A stretch of DNA of 64,000 nt, taken from NCBI GenBank assembly GCA_963714015.1, contig OY970223.1, positions 64,001 through 128,000 on the forward strand, given 5' to 3'. The notes beneath the pieces are model-generated. The model ran no database searches, was not told where the DNA came from, and saw only the letters and a list, made by a program, of their open reading frames with translations. The translations under genes were made by a program, and so were the position numbers. The DNA is from Vulcanimicrobiota bacterium (lineage in GTDB: Bacteria > Vulcanimicrobiota > Vulcanimicrobiia > Vulcanimicrobiales > Vulcanimicrobiaceae). Positions 1 to 10,377 of the stretch are shown piece after piece. Numbering within the stretch: position 1 is the stretch's first letter; each line of letters begins with the position of its first letter.

Positions 1-5
1 CGACG

Positions 6-1976
6 ATGGTTTCGAGCGCAATCGCCGCGGCCCTCGGCGTTCGCGAGTCGCCAAATCAACCGCCGCTGCAGACGCTCACGCAATACTTGCAGCGAAAACA
101 GCTGTTGCTGCTGCTCGACAATTGCGAGCACCTCATTGACGAGGCGCGAGTCATCGCTTCAACTATTCTGCGCGATTGTCCCGGCGTACGAATGGTGGCG
201 ACCAGCCGCGAAGCGCTGAACGTCGCGGGTGAACGGGTCTATCGCATGCCCTCGCTCGGCTCGGCATCGGCTACGCAGCTGTTTATCGATCGTGCAGCCG
301 CTCGCGATTCGCAATTTTCGCCGAACGAAAAGCAGCTGCCGTGCATTGCAGAAATCTGCCGGCGCCTCGACGGCTTGCCGCTTGCTATAGAACTCGCCGC
401 CGCTCGCATCAATATTCTGACTCCGGAGCAACTCGTAAAGAAACTGGACGAACGCTTTCGCGTACTGACGGGGGGAGATCGGAGCGCGCTGCCCCGTCAT
501 CAGACCATGCGCGCCGTAATCGATTGGAGCTACGAACTGCTCTCCGCGGAAGAACGTGCGGCGTTTCGCAAGCTCTCGGTTTTCGCCGGCACCTTCAATC
601 TGAAGGCCGCGAGCGCAGTCTGCGGCGACGCGGATTTCGACGAAGTTGCCGTCCTTGACGCCGTCGGATCTCTGGTAGAAAAGTCGTTGGTGCAGGTCGT
701 CGAGGGCGCCGGCGAAGTGCGCTACCATCTTTTGGAATCGACGCGGGAATATGCGCGTGAGAAGCTCCTCGCTTGCGGTGAATATGAAAGCGCCGCAGCG
801 GCACATGCAGCGGCGTTTCTCGCACGCGCCTCGGAGTATGAATACCTTTTCGATACTTCCCCTACGACGTCATGGTACGCCGCGGCGAAAGATGACCTCG
901 ACAATTGGCGCGCTGCATTGGAGTTTACGTTGGTAAACGGCAACGACGTGCTGATGGGGCAACGCCTGGCGGGTACGCTTCGACCGGTGTGGCTCGTGCA
1001 TGGCGCCGTCGAAGGCGGCCGGTGGGCGGCTGCCGCAGTCGCTAAAATTTCCGGCGAGACGCGCGGTGAAATTGCCGCCAAACTCTTTTTCTGCCAAGCG
1101 AGTTTGGAGTACAAGTCGCAGCGCTACGATGTGGCGCGGGTTTCGGCGGAGTTGGCGATCGAAGCGTATCGCCCGCTCGGAGACGACCTCAGACTGGCGT
1201 GGGCTCAAAACTGCGCGGCGTCCGCAACAATGTATACATCGCCGGCTCGTGCAGTAGAACTTGCACGTGCCGCAATTGAAACCGCAGGCGATGCCGCTCC
1301 GAAGCACATGAAGGGACAGTTTAGGCAGAGCCTCGGCATTGCATTGCAAGTACAAGGCGATGCGGCCTCGGCACGACGCGAGTATGAAGAGGCACGCGCC
1401 CTGTACGACGAAGCGGGATGGGAACGCAAATCCGCAACTCTCGCCGCTTCCCTCGCAGAACTGGAATTCTTTGAGGGGCGCATCGATAAGGCGCTGGAAT
1501 TCGCAAACGAATCCGTGGAAGGCTTTCTCAGATTCGACGCACACTTCGATTCCGCGCTGGCGTCGTCAAATTTGTCGGCGTACCTCGTGGCGCTCGACGA
1601 CTACGAAGCCGCTTTGGCAGTTGCCTGGAAAGCAATTGGAGTTCTGCGCGACCTTCAGGCGGCATTACCGATTGTGTTCGCGCTGCAGCACGTCGCAGCT
1701 GCGGCAGCGCTGATGCACCGGAATTCGAGCGACGCGACTGCAAGCGCACAGGCGGCGCGGCTCCTGGGGTTTGTGGATGCGCAATTTTCCGCTCATGACA
1801 TCGCTCGCCAATATACCGAACAGCAAGAATATGAAAGAGCCTTGCATGCGCTAAACGATTCTCTAGACGAAAAGGCGGTGGCCGCAGCCATGAGCGACGG
1901 AAGGACATGGAATCTGGAGAGCGCACTGAACACGGCGGAACAGTGGCTTTTGTGGTCGGCGCCGTCAAGGACGTAG
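6..1976 (+). CDS. STAND/NB-ARC-like predicted ATPase with winged helix and C-terminal TPR-like repeats; 5' end lies outside the window
   Basis: Walker B LLLLDNCEHL, ATSREAL, ICRRLDGLPLAIELAAAR, RHQTMRAVIDWSYELL and helical C-terminus; no Walker A in the window, so N-terminally truncated. Confidence 0.85.
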   Translation: MVSSAIAAALGVRESPNQPPLQTLTQYLQRKQLLLLLDNCEHLIDEARVIASTILRDCPGVRMVATSREALNVAGERVYRMPSLGSASATQLFIDRAAARDSQFSPNEKQLPCIAEICRRLDGLPLAIELAAARINILTPEQLVKKLDERFRVLTGGDRSALPRHQTMRAVIDWSYELLSAEERAAFRKLSVFAGTFNLKAASAVCGDADFDEVAVLDAVGSLVEKSLVQVVEGAGEVRYHLLESTREYAREKLLACGEYESAAAAHAAAFLARASEYEYLFDTSPTTSWYAAAKDDLDNWRAALEFTLVNGNDVLMGQRLAGTLRPVWLVHGAVEGGRWAAAAVAKISGETRGEIAAKLFFCQASLEYKSQRYDVARVSAELAIEAYRPLGDDLRLAWAQNCAASATMYTSPARAVELARAAIETAGDAAPKHMKGQFRQSLGIALQVQGDAASARREYEEARALYDEAGWERKSATLAASLAELEFFEGRIDKALEFANESVEGFLRFDAHFDSALASSNLSAYLVALDDYEAALAVAWKAIGVLRDLQAALPIVFALQHVAAAAALMHRNSSDATASAQAARLLGFVDAQFSAHDIARQYTEQQEYERALHALNDSLDEKAVAAAMSDGRTWNLESALNTAEQWLLWSAPSRT

Positions 1977-1978
1977 TG

Positions 1979-2146
1979 ATGTCAAGTCAAACTACTACCA
2001 TCCTGTACATAGTGCTGATGGGAGCCGTTGTCGTCGCGGTCGACATTCTATTTTTCCGGAATCATTTCTGGGAACGGCTGATTGTGAATATAGGAATCGT
2101 TTTGGTATTCGCAGCCTTTTATCTGCGGTTCCTGAAACGTCCATAA
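1979..2146 (+). CDS. small two-TM membrane protein (55 aa)
   Basis: ATG at 1979 just after the upstream stop; MSSQTTTILYIVLMGAVVVAVDILFF...IVNIGIVLVFAAFYLRF. Confidence 0.6.
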   Translation: MSSQTTTILYIVLMGAVVVAVDILFFRNHFWERLIVNIGIVLVFAAFYLRFLKRP

Positions 2147-2207
2147 TTCTTTATCCGGCCCATCCGATGAGACACGACGGAGAATGGCCTGTGCGGCTAG
2201 GCGCCTG

Positions 2208-2846
2208 TTAAGGTTGCCTCGGCGGCGTTTCCCATTTCTGCCGGAAGATCGTTTCGCGTAAGTCCGACAAGAGAGCGAAGAACGCTTTGCCTTGAGCGTC
2301 GTCAAGATTGAGTTCTTGTGAGGACGTGACGGAACTAAGCGTTGTGGTTACGCCGCAACGGCTGACTGTAACCGAGTCTTCGGGTCCGTCGAGATACAAC
2401 GATGCTGCCGGCCGCAGCCGCATTGCAAAAGAGCGGTCTCTTTCTAGTGCCTGCACGACGTTCTTGAACGAATCGAGTGGTTTCGTGGAAACAAACGACC
2501 CTATGATCCCAACCGCGCGATGTGCATTTAACGATACGTTGGCATGGTGCCCGGCGATGTAATACGCCGCCTCATACGTGTACCATGGGTGCTGCTGACC
2601 GACCAATGCGTACTGAGAGACTTTGATATATGTAATATCTTCATAGGCCGGCGGGGCAGCCGTATCACAAGACGCGCGCGCCGCTAACGGACAGACCACG
2701 ATAGCTGCTGCAATGAAAAGGCAGCGTACTTGACAAAAACGTGCAGATCCGCGCACGGCGTGACGGCAGCACGTAAGATAACGGGAACGGCTGCGGCCTG
2801 CGTAATTCTTGCCGATTGAGTGTCGGAGCTTCGAGCGGCATTTCAT
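2208..2846 (-). CDS. hypothetical secreted protein; true start probably near 2730
   Basis: signal-like LFIAAAIVVCPLAARA followed by a globular region. Confidence 0.5.
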   Translation of the reverse strand: MKCRSKLRHSIGKNYAGRSRSRYLTCCRHAVRGSARFCQVRCLFIAAAIVVCPLAARASCDTAAPPAYEDITYIKVSQYALVGQQHPWYTYEAAYYIAGHHANVSLNAHRAVGIIGSFVSTKPLDSFKNVVQALERDRSFAMRLRPAASLYLDGPEDSVTVSRCGVTTTLSSVTSSQELNLDDAQGKAFFALLSDLRETIFRQKWETPPRQP

Positions 2847-3463
2847 TCGATATTCGCTGCCGCTGCAATCAGTGCATGGGACGCGGCGAGCAGGACAGGC
2901 ACGGCTTCCTCGGCGGCAATCACCTGCGAGCTGACAAAGGCGCCATTTATCAGCAGCAGCAATTGTGCGGCGAGATGGTCGGGACGGCGCACGCCCAACC
3001 GATCCGCAATTCCTTTTAGCCTGCTACGAAGTTCTTGCTTGTGAGAAACAGCGACGACGCGTGCGGGATGATCTCCCTCCGGAAACTCCGCAGCCATATT
3101 CAACTGCGGACAGCCCCGATAGTTTTTCCGGGCGACGCGCTCTCCAATCCATTGCATGTGCGCGTCGAGTTCAGCATGTGCGTCGGAGCGATGGCGCTCG
3201 GCGACGTTATCCCATTGCTGCCAAAACTGTTCGTCTTCTCGCTCGAGAAAAGCCGCGATCAGATCGTCCTTGGTTCGGAAATGCCGATAAAGGCTTGTCT
3301 TGGCTACGCCGGCTCGCTCGACGACGAGGTCCACGCCCACGGCGCGAGCGCCCTCACGGTAAAACAGTTCCGACGCCGTTCTCAGGATGCGCTCCCTTAC
3401 CTGGTCGGCCACGCCCGCTTCGGGCTCGTGGACCTTCCTTATACGACTTGCCATGCTTGACAT
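2843..3463 (-). CDS. TetR/AcrR family transcriptional regulator
   Basis: RERILRTASELFYREGARAVGVDLVVERAGVAKTSLYRHF HTH; RGCP motif. Confidence 0.92.
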   Translation of the reverse strand: MSSMASRIRKVHEPEAGVADQVRERILRTASELFYREGARAVGVDLVVERAGVAKTSLYRHFRTKDDLIAAFLEREDEQFWQQWDNVAERHRSDAHAELDAHMQWIGERVARKNYRGCPQLNMAAEFPEGDHPARVVAVSHKQELRSRLKGIADRLGVRRPDHLAAQLLLLINGAFVSSQVIAAEEAVPVLLAASHALIAAAANIE

Positions 3464-3466
3464 AAT

Positions 3467-3508
3467 ACAGACCTGTCTGTTTTAATGCAACAATACGTAC
3501 CGGTCTGT
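3467..3508. promoter_or_regulatory. two candidate TetR operators between divergent genes
   Basis: near-palindrome ACAGACCTGTCTGT (3467-3480) and related ACGTACCGGTCTGT (3495-3508). Confidence 0.6.
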
Positions 3509-3522
3509 ACTGGAGAGCATCT

Positions 3523-4551
3523 ATGAAAATCGCGGTCTATGGAGCATCGGGCCACACGGCGCGCTTCGTCCTGGCGGAGTTGCTCCGGCGCGGCCACACG
3601 CCCATCGCAATCGGAAGGGACGAATCTAAAGTGACCGCGGCGGTTGCCACTCACGATGTGAAGATAGAGACCAGGATTGCCGGTCTCGACTCAGCGGAAT
3701 CACTCGATCGCGCGCTGTGGGGCGTCGATGCGGTCATCCACTGCGCAGGCCCCTTTCTCGATACGGCTCGGCCGGTTATAGAAGCCGCTCTGCGCAGCCG
3801 AGTGCATTACTTCGATCTCACTGCGGAACAGGGGAGTGCTTCTTCGACGTTCGAGCTCTTCGATGCGCCGGCACGCAAGCGCGGCGTTTTCGTGGTTCCC
3901 GCGGCCGGGTTTTATGGCGGCCTGGGCGATCTCTTGGCGACCCACGCGATGAGCGGCTGGGCACGGGCAGACCGGATCGACATTGCCATCGCGCTCGACA
4001 GCTGGTGGCCCACACGCGGCACTCGCCACACTGGGCACAGAAATACCGCACCGCGACTCATTGTTTCGGATGGGAACCTTCAACAAATGCAGCCGTCTAC
4101 GCCTGCGCCATGGAGTTTTCCTCAACCATTCGGAACGCAACAGGTCATCGAGCTGCCGTTCACCGAGACGATCCTTATGGCGCGCCACTTGCATGTACGC
4201 GAGATTCGCAACTACATGAATCAAGCTCCCCTTCGCGACCTTCGGGATCCCTCAACGCCTGCACCCGTCGCAGCGGATGAGCGTGGCCGCTCGAACCAAC
4301 GCTTTCTTATCGACGTCACGGTTCGGAATGCCGACGAAGAGCACCGCGTTACGGCGCAAGGGCGCGACATTTACGCCATCACGGCTCCAATCGTAGTCGA
4401 GGCCGTCGAGCGCATTTGTGAAAATCCGCACCAGAGTGCGGGGGCTTACGCACTTGGTCAACTCGTTGACGCATCCGAGTTCATTCAAACGTTGATACGC
4501 ATGGAAGAACTGGTCGTTGCGACGGATCGCAAAACGAAGGTCTCCTCTTGA
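3523..4551 (+). CDS. saccharopine dehydrogenase-like NAD(P)-binding oxidoreductase
   Basis: VYGASGHTA Rossmann motif, IHCAGPF, HYFDLTAEQ. Confidence 0.85.
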   Translation: MKIAVYGASGHTARFVLAELLRRGHTPIAIGRDESKVTAAVATHDVKIETRIAGLDSAESLDRALWGVDAVIHCAGPFLDTARPVIEAALRSRVHYFDLTAEQGSASSTFELFDAPARKRGVFVVPAAGFYGGLGDLLATHAMSGWARADRIDIAIALDSWWPTRGTRHTGHRNTAPRLIVSDGNLQQMQPSTPAPWSFPQPFGTQQVIELPFTETILMARHLHVREIRNYMNQAPLRDLRDPSTPAPVAADERGRSNQRFLIDVTVRNADEEHRVTAQGRDIYAITAPIVVEAVERICENPHQSAGAYALGQLVDASEFIQTLIRMEELVVATDRKTKVSS

Positions 4552-4830
4552 CCGAGCATGATGGTTCACAAGTCAGGCCGGCTCGCAAATCATCGCTATT
4601 AGCGGGGTGCGGAATTAACCGGCTTCGTCATCTCTGGTCCCAAGTGCGATCGCATGCACTATCTGCCGGAAAAGATCGAAGCGCTCGCACTTCTCCCGTA
4701 TCGCGCCGCAGCGCATACGCGCTGCTTACGTTGACGTCACCATTACAGACGCTGCCAAGCGCGTAAATATTTGCCTCTTCGCAAGATTTGGTCGTGCAGG
4801 ACGTTTGCGTAAGGCCGCTAAGAGCGTCTT

Positions 4831-6351
4831 ATGAACGCCGGCGATGCGCTTCCGAGCCGTGCGCGTCCGTTTAATACTGCGAGTCAATGGAGACTCGCTG
4901 CGGTGGTATGCGCTCTTGGCGGGTGCCTTGTGTGGCTGTTCTATGCGGCGGTCGCATCGCGCAGCGAGACGCTGTTCTGGTACGATTGGCTGCGTGTCGG
5001 TGGCCAGTTCTGGACGCTCGGGTTCGGCTTGCTACTTGCCTGGCGCCGGCCGGAATCGTATACCGTTCGGTTACTCTCGGCGGCTTTGCTATTCTATTCG
5101 CTCTTCGATGGTATTCTCGTCGTCGGCGAAGCCGTGCCCGGCGCCCGAGCTCACGGCAGCCTTATTGTTACCCTCGGGGAATTCGGTATCGCCATCAGCT
5201 CATGCCTAGTTATGGCGCAGTTCGCATCGCAGTTTGCGCTGCCCCTCAACGGGCTACGTCGCTGGTCGCTCATACTCGTTTACGCCGCCATCGTGGGCAC
5301 CGTGCTGGCCGCCGGGCTCATGCCGTTTGTTGCGGGTAGCAAATGGCTTTACGCTTTTACCGATCTCGGCCACTACGCGGTGCCGCGGTTTGCCGTACTG
5401 CTCTGTGGGATCCTCGCGATTGCAGCATCGCAGAACGAAGAACGCCAGCGTGTGGGATGGCCATTCGCATCGTTCGGAGTGCTCTACGTGGCATCGATCG
5501 GCGGATTCATCGGCGCGTTGCCCCAGGCCGTTTTCGACGCACTCGTGCGCTTAGCAATCTTCGTCATACCGATCGGCATCACGTATTCCGCGCTGAGCCG
5601 CCGGCTGTATGACGTGGGGTTCATCATCAACCGCGCCGTGGCGTTTTCGACCATTTCCGGCATCGTCATCGGGTCGTTCGTCTTGTTGGAGTGGGCGCTC
5701 GGAAAGTGGTTCGATCAGGCCGGTCGCGAGGCCGGCCTCGCCGCAAATGTTGCGCTTGCGCTCGCGTTCGGCCTCTCGCTACGCTTAATACACCGGCGAG
5801 TCGATCGTTTCGTGGACACGGTGTTTTTTAAAAAGCGTAATGAGGACGTCTCCGCGCTCAAGCGATTCGCGCAAGAAGCCGCGTTTATTACAGATCGTAA
5901 GACTCTTCTGCAGAGAACGCACGCGCAGGTGTTGGAACATTCCGAGGCGTCAAGCGTCTCGATAACGATGCTGGACGGGACCGGAGCAACCGATCCGAAC
6001 GACCCGGCGATCCTCGCGATGCGCACATGGCATGACGCCCTCGAACTGCATCGTTACCATACGGCTCTTGGCGGAGAATATGCTTTCCCCGTGTTTGGGC
6101 GTGGCTCGCTGCTCGGTGTGCTCATGTGCGGCGCGAAAAGGAGCGGTGAGGCCTTTGCACCGGATGAAATTGACGCACTTAAGGCGGTCGCGTACGGGGT
6201 GGGCGTGGCACTTGGCGCTCTCAAAGGCGCGGTCAGCGACCCGATGGAATCGATGCTAGCCGCTTTCGCGTCGCTCCGAAACGACGTCATGACTCGCTTG
6301 GATGCGCTCGTCGGCCAAGGGCGTACGCTCTCAGACGAACCACCCGAATAA
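4831..6351 (+). CDS. multi-TM membrane protein with C-terminal GAF-like domain and no output domain (paralogue 1)
   Basis: many TM helices, then RRLYDVGFIINRA...HRRVDRFVDTVFFKKR...AFPVFGRGSLLGVLMCGAKRSGEAFAPDE. Confidence 0.75.
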   Translation: MNAGDALPSRARPFNTASQWRLAAVVCALGGCLVWLFYAAVASRSETLFWYDWLRVGGQFWTLGFGLLLAWRRPESYTVRLLSAALLFYSLFDGILVVGEAVPGARAHGSLIVTLGEFGIAISSCLVMAQFASQFALPLNGLRRWSLILVYAAIVGTVLAAGLMPFVAGSKWLYAFTDLGHYAVPRFAVLLCGILAIAASQNEERQRVGWPFASFGVLYVASIGGFIGALPQAVFDALVRLAIFVIPIGITYSALSRRLYDVGFIINRAVAFSTISGIVIGSFVLLEWALGKWFDQAGREAGLAANVALALAFGLSLRLIHRRVDRFVDTVFFKKRNEDVSALKRFAQEAAFITDRKTLLQRTHAQVLEHSEASSVSITMLDGTGATDPNDPAILAMRTWHDALELHRYHTALGGEYAFPVFGRGSLLGVLMCGAKRSGEAFAPDEIDALKAVAYGVGVALGALKGAVSDPMESMLAAFASLRNDVMTRLDALVGQGRTLSDEPPE

Positions 6352-6366
6352 TGCACTGGCGCTTCG

Positions 6367-7068
6367 TTGTCCGGCATTTCGAAGCACGGCCTCTCGAGTG
6401 TACGCAGAGCGGACCGCGAAAACTCGCTGGATTCGGGCCATAACGACGTCGTGCCCAACAAATTCGAACGCCGCAATAGGATCGTGAAGACATCGCTGGC
6501 GTTAGCGGGAATCGTTGCCGTATTTTGCGCGTGCGCCAGCGGGGTGCGATCCTGGGAAGCGCGCTCCGATGGCGCGCACGTCGAAGCACGCTGTTGGAGC
6601 ATTGCGCGTGGTATGGATCGCAGCTTCCCGTGGGCGTACTTCAACGGTCCCGCATGGATGTACGTGTCCCAACGAACGATTACCGGCCGCTTACGGCTTG
6701 CGCCGGGCGAGAGGATACTCGGAGCGCAGCGTGAGTCCATGGCTCTGTTCTCACGGTTTTTAAATAGAAGGCCGATTTACAGTCCTTGCACGATTCTGCC
6801 GGCGCACCAGGTGTGGGTTGTAACCATACGTTTTTCGCGGCCACGTCAATTCATTTCCGCGCGATTCGCGCACGGAATCGCGACCTATGCGTACGACGCT
6901 ATCACGGGGAATTCGATCCTAGGCGTCATCAGGGGAAAATTCATTTCGGGACCGCCGTTTTTCGGCAAAGGCCGCTTGAGGAAGCCGAGTGAACCCGCGC
7001 CGTTAAGTTTCGGCCGTATTTTCGGTACCGGCATTGCAAGCAATTTTAAAAAAGCGAGCTTGCCGTAG
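6367..7068 (+). CDS. hypothetical exported protein; start probably GTG at 6484
   Basis: signal-like VKTSLALAGIVAVFCACA; no recognisable family. Confidence 0.4.
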   Translation: MSGISKHGLSSVRRADRENSLDSGHNDVVPNKFERRNRIVKTSLALAGIVAVFCACASGVRSWEARSDGAHVEARCWSIARGMDRSFPWAYFNGPAWMYVSQRTITGRLRLAPGERILGAQRESMALFSRFLNRRPIYSPCTILPAHQVWVVTIRFSRPRQFISARFAHGIATYAYDAITGNSILGVIRGKFISGPPFFGKGRLRKPSEPAPLSFGRIFGTGIASNFKKASLP

Positions 7069-7150
7069 ACGACAAGCCCGCTGACGAATATCCACGACGA
7101 TTTCTCGACGTTCGTGAATCGAGATCTATTACATATTTCCACTCAGTCAC

Positions 7151-7211
7151 GCGTCGTCTCGCCTTCAGGCGAACCTCATCCTAACTGGGGGCGTTTTGAT
7201 TTCACGCTAAT
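7151..7211 (+). repeat. degenerate copy R0 of the dispersed intergenic element
   Basis: GCGTCGTCTCGCCTTCAGGCGAACCTCATCCTAACT...GATTTCACGCTAA aligns with the core and both 13-mer boxes of the other copies. Confidence 0.6.
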
Positions 7212-8133
7212 TGTGACTTAAGGCCATCATCGCGGGCGGCTGCTCATCTTCGCGAATCCGATCGAGATCGGAAATAAGGTCCGGTCCCGTTGGATCCCAT
7301 CCGAGCCGTTCTCTGGTCAAGGCGCTCGACGCCGGCAGATCCGCTGCGACAAGAGGCGCGAGCCACCCAAAATGCTCTGCCGCTTCTTTATCGGTAATGG
7401 ACTTCGCTGGGACACCGGTACGCCTGCCGATGGCTTCCGCGATGTCACGAAGTTTCACGCCTTCCTCGGCCACGGCGTGATAGCGTGTCCCGGCGTCTGC
7501 ATTTTTCTCCAACGCGAGGTCGGTAAAGATGCGCAACGTTTAAAACGTGTGCGGCCGGCCAGCGATTTGCGCCGTCACCTACAAAGGCAGAGACGCCTTT
7601 CTCTTTTGCCAACCCAATCAGCATCGAGATCAATCCATGTTTGAGCGGATTGTGCACCTGCGGAAGGCGTACGACCGAAACGCGTACGCCGTGAGCCGCA
7701 ACGGCGTCGGCTGCCTCTTCGGACGCATTGCGCGGGAATTGCGCACTGGACGCATGCGGATCGACTTCCGTTGCGCTTCGGCCCTGCGTCAACGTGCCGA
7801 TTCCAGAGGTGACTAAAAACGGACGATTCGAGCCCGCAGAGCTCCCGCGCCCATCGCCTCAATAGCGCGCCGATCGATCTCGCAATTTTCTTGAAACTTC
7901 GAAAACTCATGAATGAACGCGAGATGAATGACGCCGTCGGCTTTTGCAGCGCCGCTGCGCAAGCTTTCTACATCTTCAACCGAACCGCGATGCGCCTCAG
8001 CGCCGGCGGCTGCTAGCGCATCGACCGACGAATCAGAGCGCGCAAGTCCGATTACCTGGTGACCCGCGGCGATAAGTTCCGACGTGACCGGCACGCCGAT
8101 GAATCCGGACGCTCCGGTAATAAAAACACGCAT
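7207..8133 (-). CDS. NAD-dependent epimerase/dehydratase (extended SDR), frameshifted across ORFs 7813-8133, 7445-7792 and 7207-7536
   Basis: [41 protein letters not shown] in successive frames. Confidence 0.8.
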
Positions 8134-8152
8134 TGAAGATGCCTCCTGGTGG

Positions 8153-8208
8153 GGTGATGTCAGTTTCTGTCATCACCATGATACACCTGATGTCAACCAC
8201 TGTCATGA
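8153..8208. promoter_or_regulatory. two candidate TetR operators
   Basis: GGTGATGTCAGTTTCTGTCATCACC (8153-8177) and TGATGTCAACCACTGTCATGA (8188-8208) between divergent SDR and TetR genes. Confidence 0.65.
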
Positions 8209-8226
8209 CCTGCTATACTCGTGACT

Positions 8227-8793
8227 ATGGGGAGATGGGAGCCGAATGCGCAAGGGCGCCTGATTGAGGCGGCGCTAGCACTCTATAGGGAGCGCGGGTT
8301 CGAGCAGACGACCGTTGCGGAAATCGCGAACCGGGCCGGACTCACCGAGCGCACATTTTTCCGGTACTTTGCGGACAAGCGGGAGGTGCTCTTTTTTGGA
8401 TCGGAGACGCTTCAAAGCGCTTTGATCGAAAGCCTCGAGCGAGCGCCTGCGGAGCTGCCGCCGATTGATGCCGTCGGCGTGGCGCTGCAAAGCATTTCGA
8501 CGTTTTTTGCAGATCGCCGCCCGCATTCATTGCGGCGCCAAGCGGTGATCGATGCAAATCCGGAGCTTCAAGAACGTGAGCGCAAAAAGCTCGCGTCGCT
8601 TGCTGTTGCGTTTGCAACCGCATTGCAGCAACGGGGCGCAAAAGCGTCAACCGCTACACTCGTTGCAGAAATGGGTGTCGCCGTTTTCAAGATTGCATTC
8701 GAGCGTTGGCTCAGCGATCCGGAAGAGCGCAACATCGCATACCATGTCGGCGAGTCGCTCGACGAACTGAAATCCGCAACCGCTGGACGCTAA
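8227..8793 (+). CDS. TetR family transcriptional regulator
   Basis: GFEQTTVAEIANRAGLTERTFFRYFADKREVLF. Confidence 0.92.
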   Translation: MGRWEPNAQGRLIEAALALYRERGFEQTTVAEIANRAGLTERTFFRYFADKREVLFFGSETLQSALIESLERAPAELPPIDAVGVALQSISTFFADRRPHSLRRQAVIDANPELQERERKKLASLAVAFATALQQRGAKASTATLVAEMGVAVFKIAFERWLSDPEERNIAYHVGESLDELKSATAGR

Positions 8794-8840
8794 GGTCGCT
8801 TTTCAAAGCCTTTCACTGTGTTCCTAAACTAAATCAAGCG

Positions 8841-9998
8841 TTATAAGACCTGGTAGAAGGCGAGCATCCCCGCGGCCATGTGGTCGGAATAGTGGCAATG
8901 GAAGAGCCAAATGCCGGGATTGTCGGGAACCATGTCGGCTTCGAGCATCTGCGCCGCGCCGATGTTGAGCACGTCAGTGCGGTGTCCTTGGAAGAGCACG
9001 GTATTCCCGTGCCAGTGCGGCGTGTGGAGGTTGAAACCATTGCCGAGGCTGATCACGTACCATCTAACGTGCTCCCCGCGGCGCATCACCATCTTCGGAC
9101 CCTCGCCATAGAGATAGCCGTTGATCGTGAATTTGAGGTTTCCGTCGGCGAAGCCGTGGCCCGTCAACGACACGCCGCCGCCGTCTTCGTCGAAGGCCAA
9201 CGTTTGGAGTTTGTCTTTCGATGTAAGATTCGGCGTGAATGTTCGCATGTTGCGATCGAGATACCAGCTCTGGTTCTCGTTGAACATCTCGAAATCCGCA
9301 ATGAACTCGCGGTCGACGTCTTTGGGAGTGCCGTCCGGACGCGCCATCCCCCGCCGGGAAATAATCATCGCGCCGACGAGGCCGGCATCGACGTCGCGCT
9401 GATCCTCCGTATGCGAGTGATAGAACCACACGACGGAACTCCCGTCTTCGGGCCCCGGACCGGCGCGTTCGGGCACTTGCCACGTGTAGGTGTAGATATG
9501 TCCTGGCGGAACCGCGCCGCCGATTTTGCTGGCGCCGCTCGAACCGTCGTCGTAGGCGCTGCCTTCATTCGCCTTCGTGTAAAAAACGCCGTGCGGATGA
9601 ACGCTGTACGGATGCGACCCGTTGTTTTTGAATACGACCTTGATGGTGTCGCCGACTTCGGCGTGGATGATCGGCCCAAGGATGCCGAGGTACTGCTGAT
9701 TAGCTGGGCGCGGTTTGAGGTGCTTGAACGTGCCGTCGGTGTACTCGCGATAAACGGCTTTCCAGTACTTGGCGCCGATTTCGTTGCGACTACGCACCGT
9801 ATACGCGTCGCCGATCTTCGTATAGGGCATGTTCATCATGGCGTCTTTGCCGAGGGGCGCGTAATTCCAGACGACTTCGTCGGCAGCGATGTAGTACGTC
9901 CGGACGTGGCCGCTTTGCGGCTTGGGTGCTGCGGCGAGCACGGCCGCTATGATAACGGCCAGGACCAAAAAGGGAAGAAAGAGGCTAATATAACGCAT
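8841..9998 (-). CDS. secreted two-domain multicopper oxidase, ceruloplasmin/hephaestin-like
   Basis: signal peptide; copper motifs HPHG, YHSH, HTPHWHG, HCHYSDHMAAGM. Confidence 0.9.
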   Translation of the reverse strand: MRYISLFLPFLVLAVIIAAVLAAAPKPQSGHVRTYYIAADEVVWNYAPLGKDAMMNMPYTKIGDAYTVRSRNEIGAKYWKAVYREYTDGTFKHLKPRPANQQYLGILGPIIHAEVGDTIKVVFKNNGSHPYSVHPHGVFYTKANEGSAYDDGSSGASKIGGAVPPGHIYTYTWQVPERAGPGPEDGSSVVWFYHSHTEDQRDVDAGLVGAMIISRRGMARPDGTPKDVDREFIADFEMFNENQSWYLDRNMRTFTPNLTSKDKLQTLAFDEDGGGVSLTGHGFADGNLKFTINGYLYGEGPKMVMRRGEHVRWYVISLGNGFNLHTPHWHGNTVLFQGHRTDVLNIGAAQMLEADMVPDNPGIWLFHCHYSDHMAAGMLAFYQVL

Positions 9999-10377
9999 TT
10001 CGCACCTTTCACAGCGCGGCGGCGCCATGCTGTGGTTGGATTTAGCGTGTGCGGACGATAACCTCTGACAATAAACTCACGAAGCGCGGAAGCATAACGC
10101 TACCCGCAGCGACGTCGTCGCTGAGAGCGACCGTTGCCGTTTTCGCGGAGAAACAGCAGCCCAAAGCGCGATTCGGATTTTGCCGGCGTATAGCGATGCT
10201 TGGCGGTTTTAAGCAGAGATGAGTCGCGAGTTTTGCGGCAAGGCGGCGCCCGGCGTACCGGCGGCCAGGGCCGGGTACCTTAGTAGCACGAGGTAACTGC
10301 TATGAGATTCTTTCGTATTGTCGGATTAGTGCGAGCGCAGAGCGACGGTTCAAATGCCGACGTCGAGAAGATGCAGC

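Noticed and set aside
2168..2180. TGAGACACGACG as an inverted copy of the repeat core
   Set aside because: Short match with no 8-mers or boxes nearby; compatible with chance.
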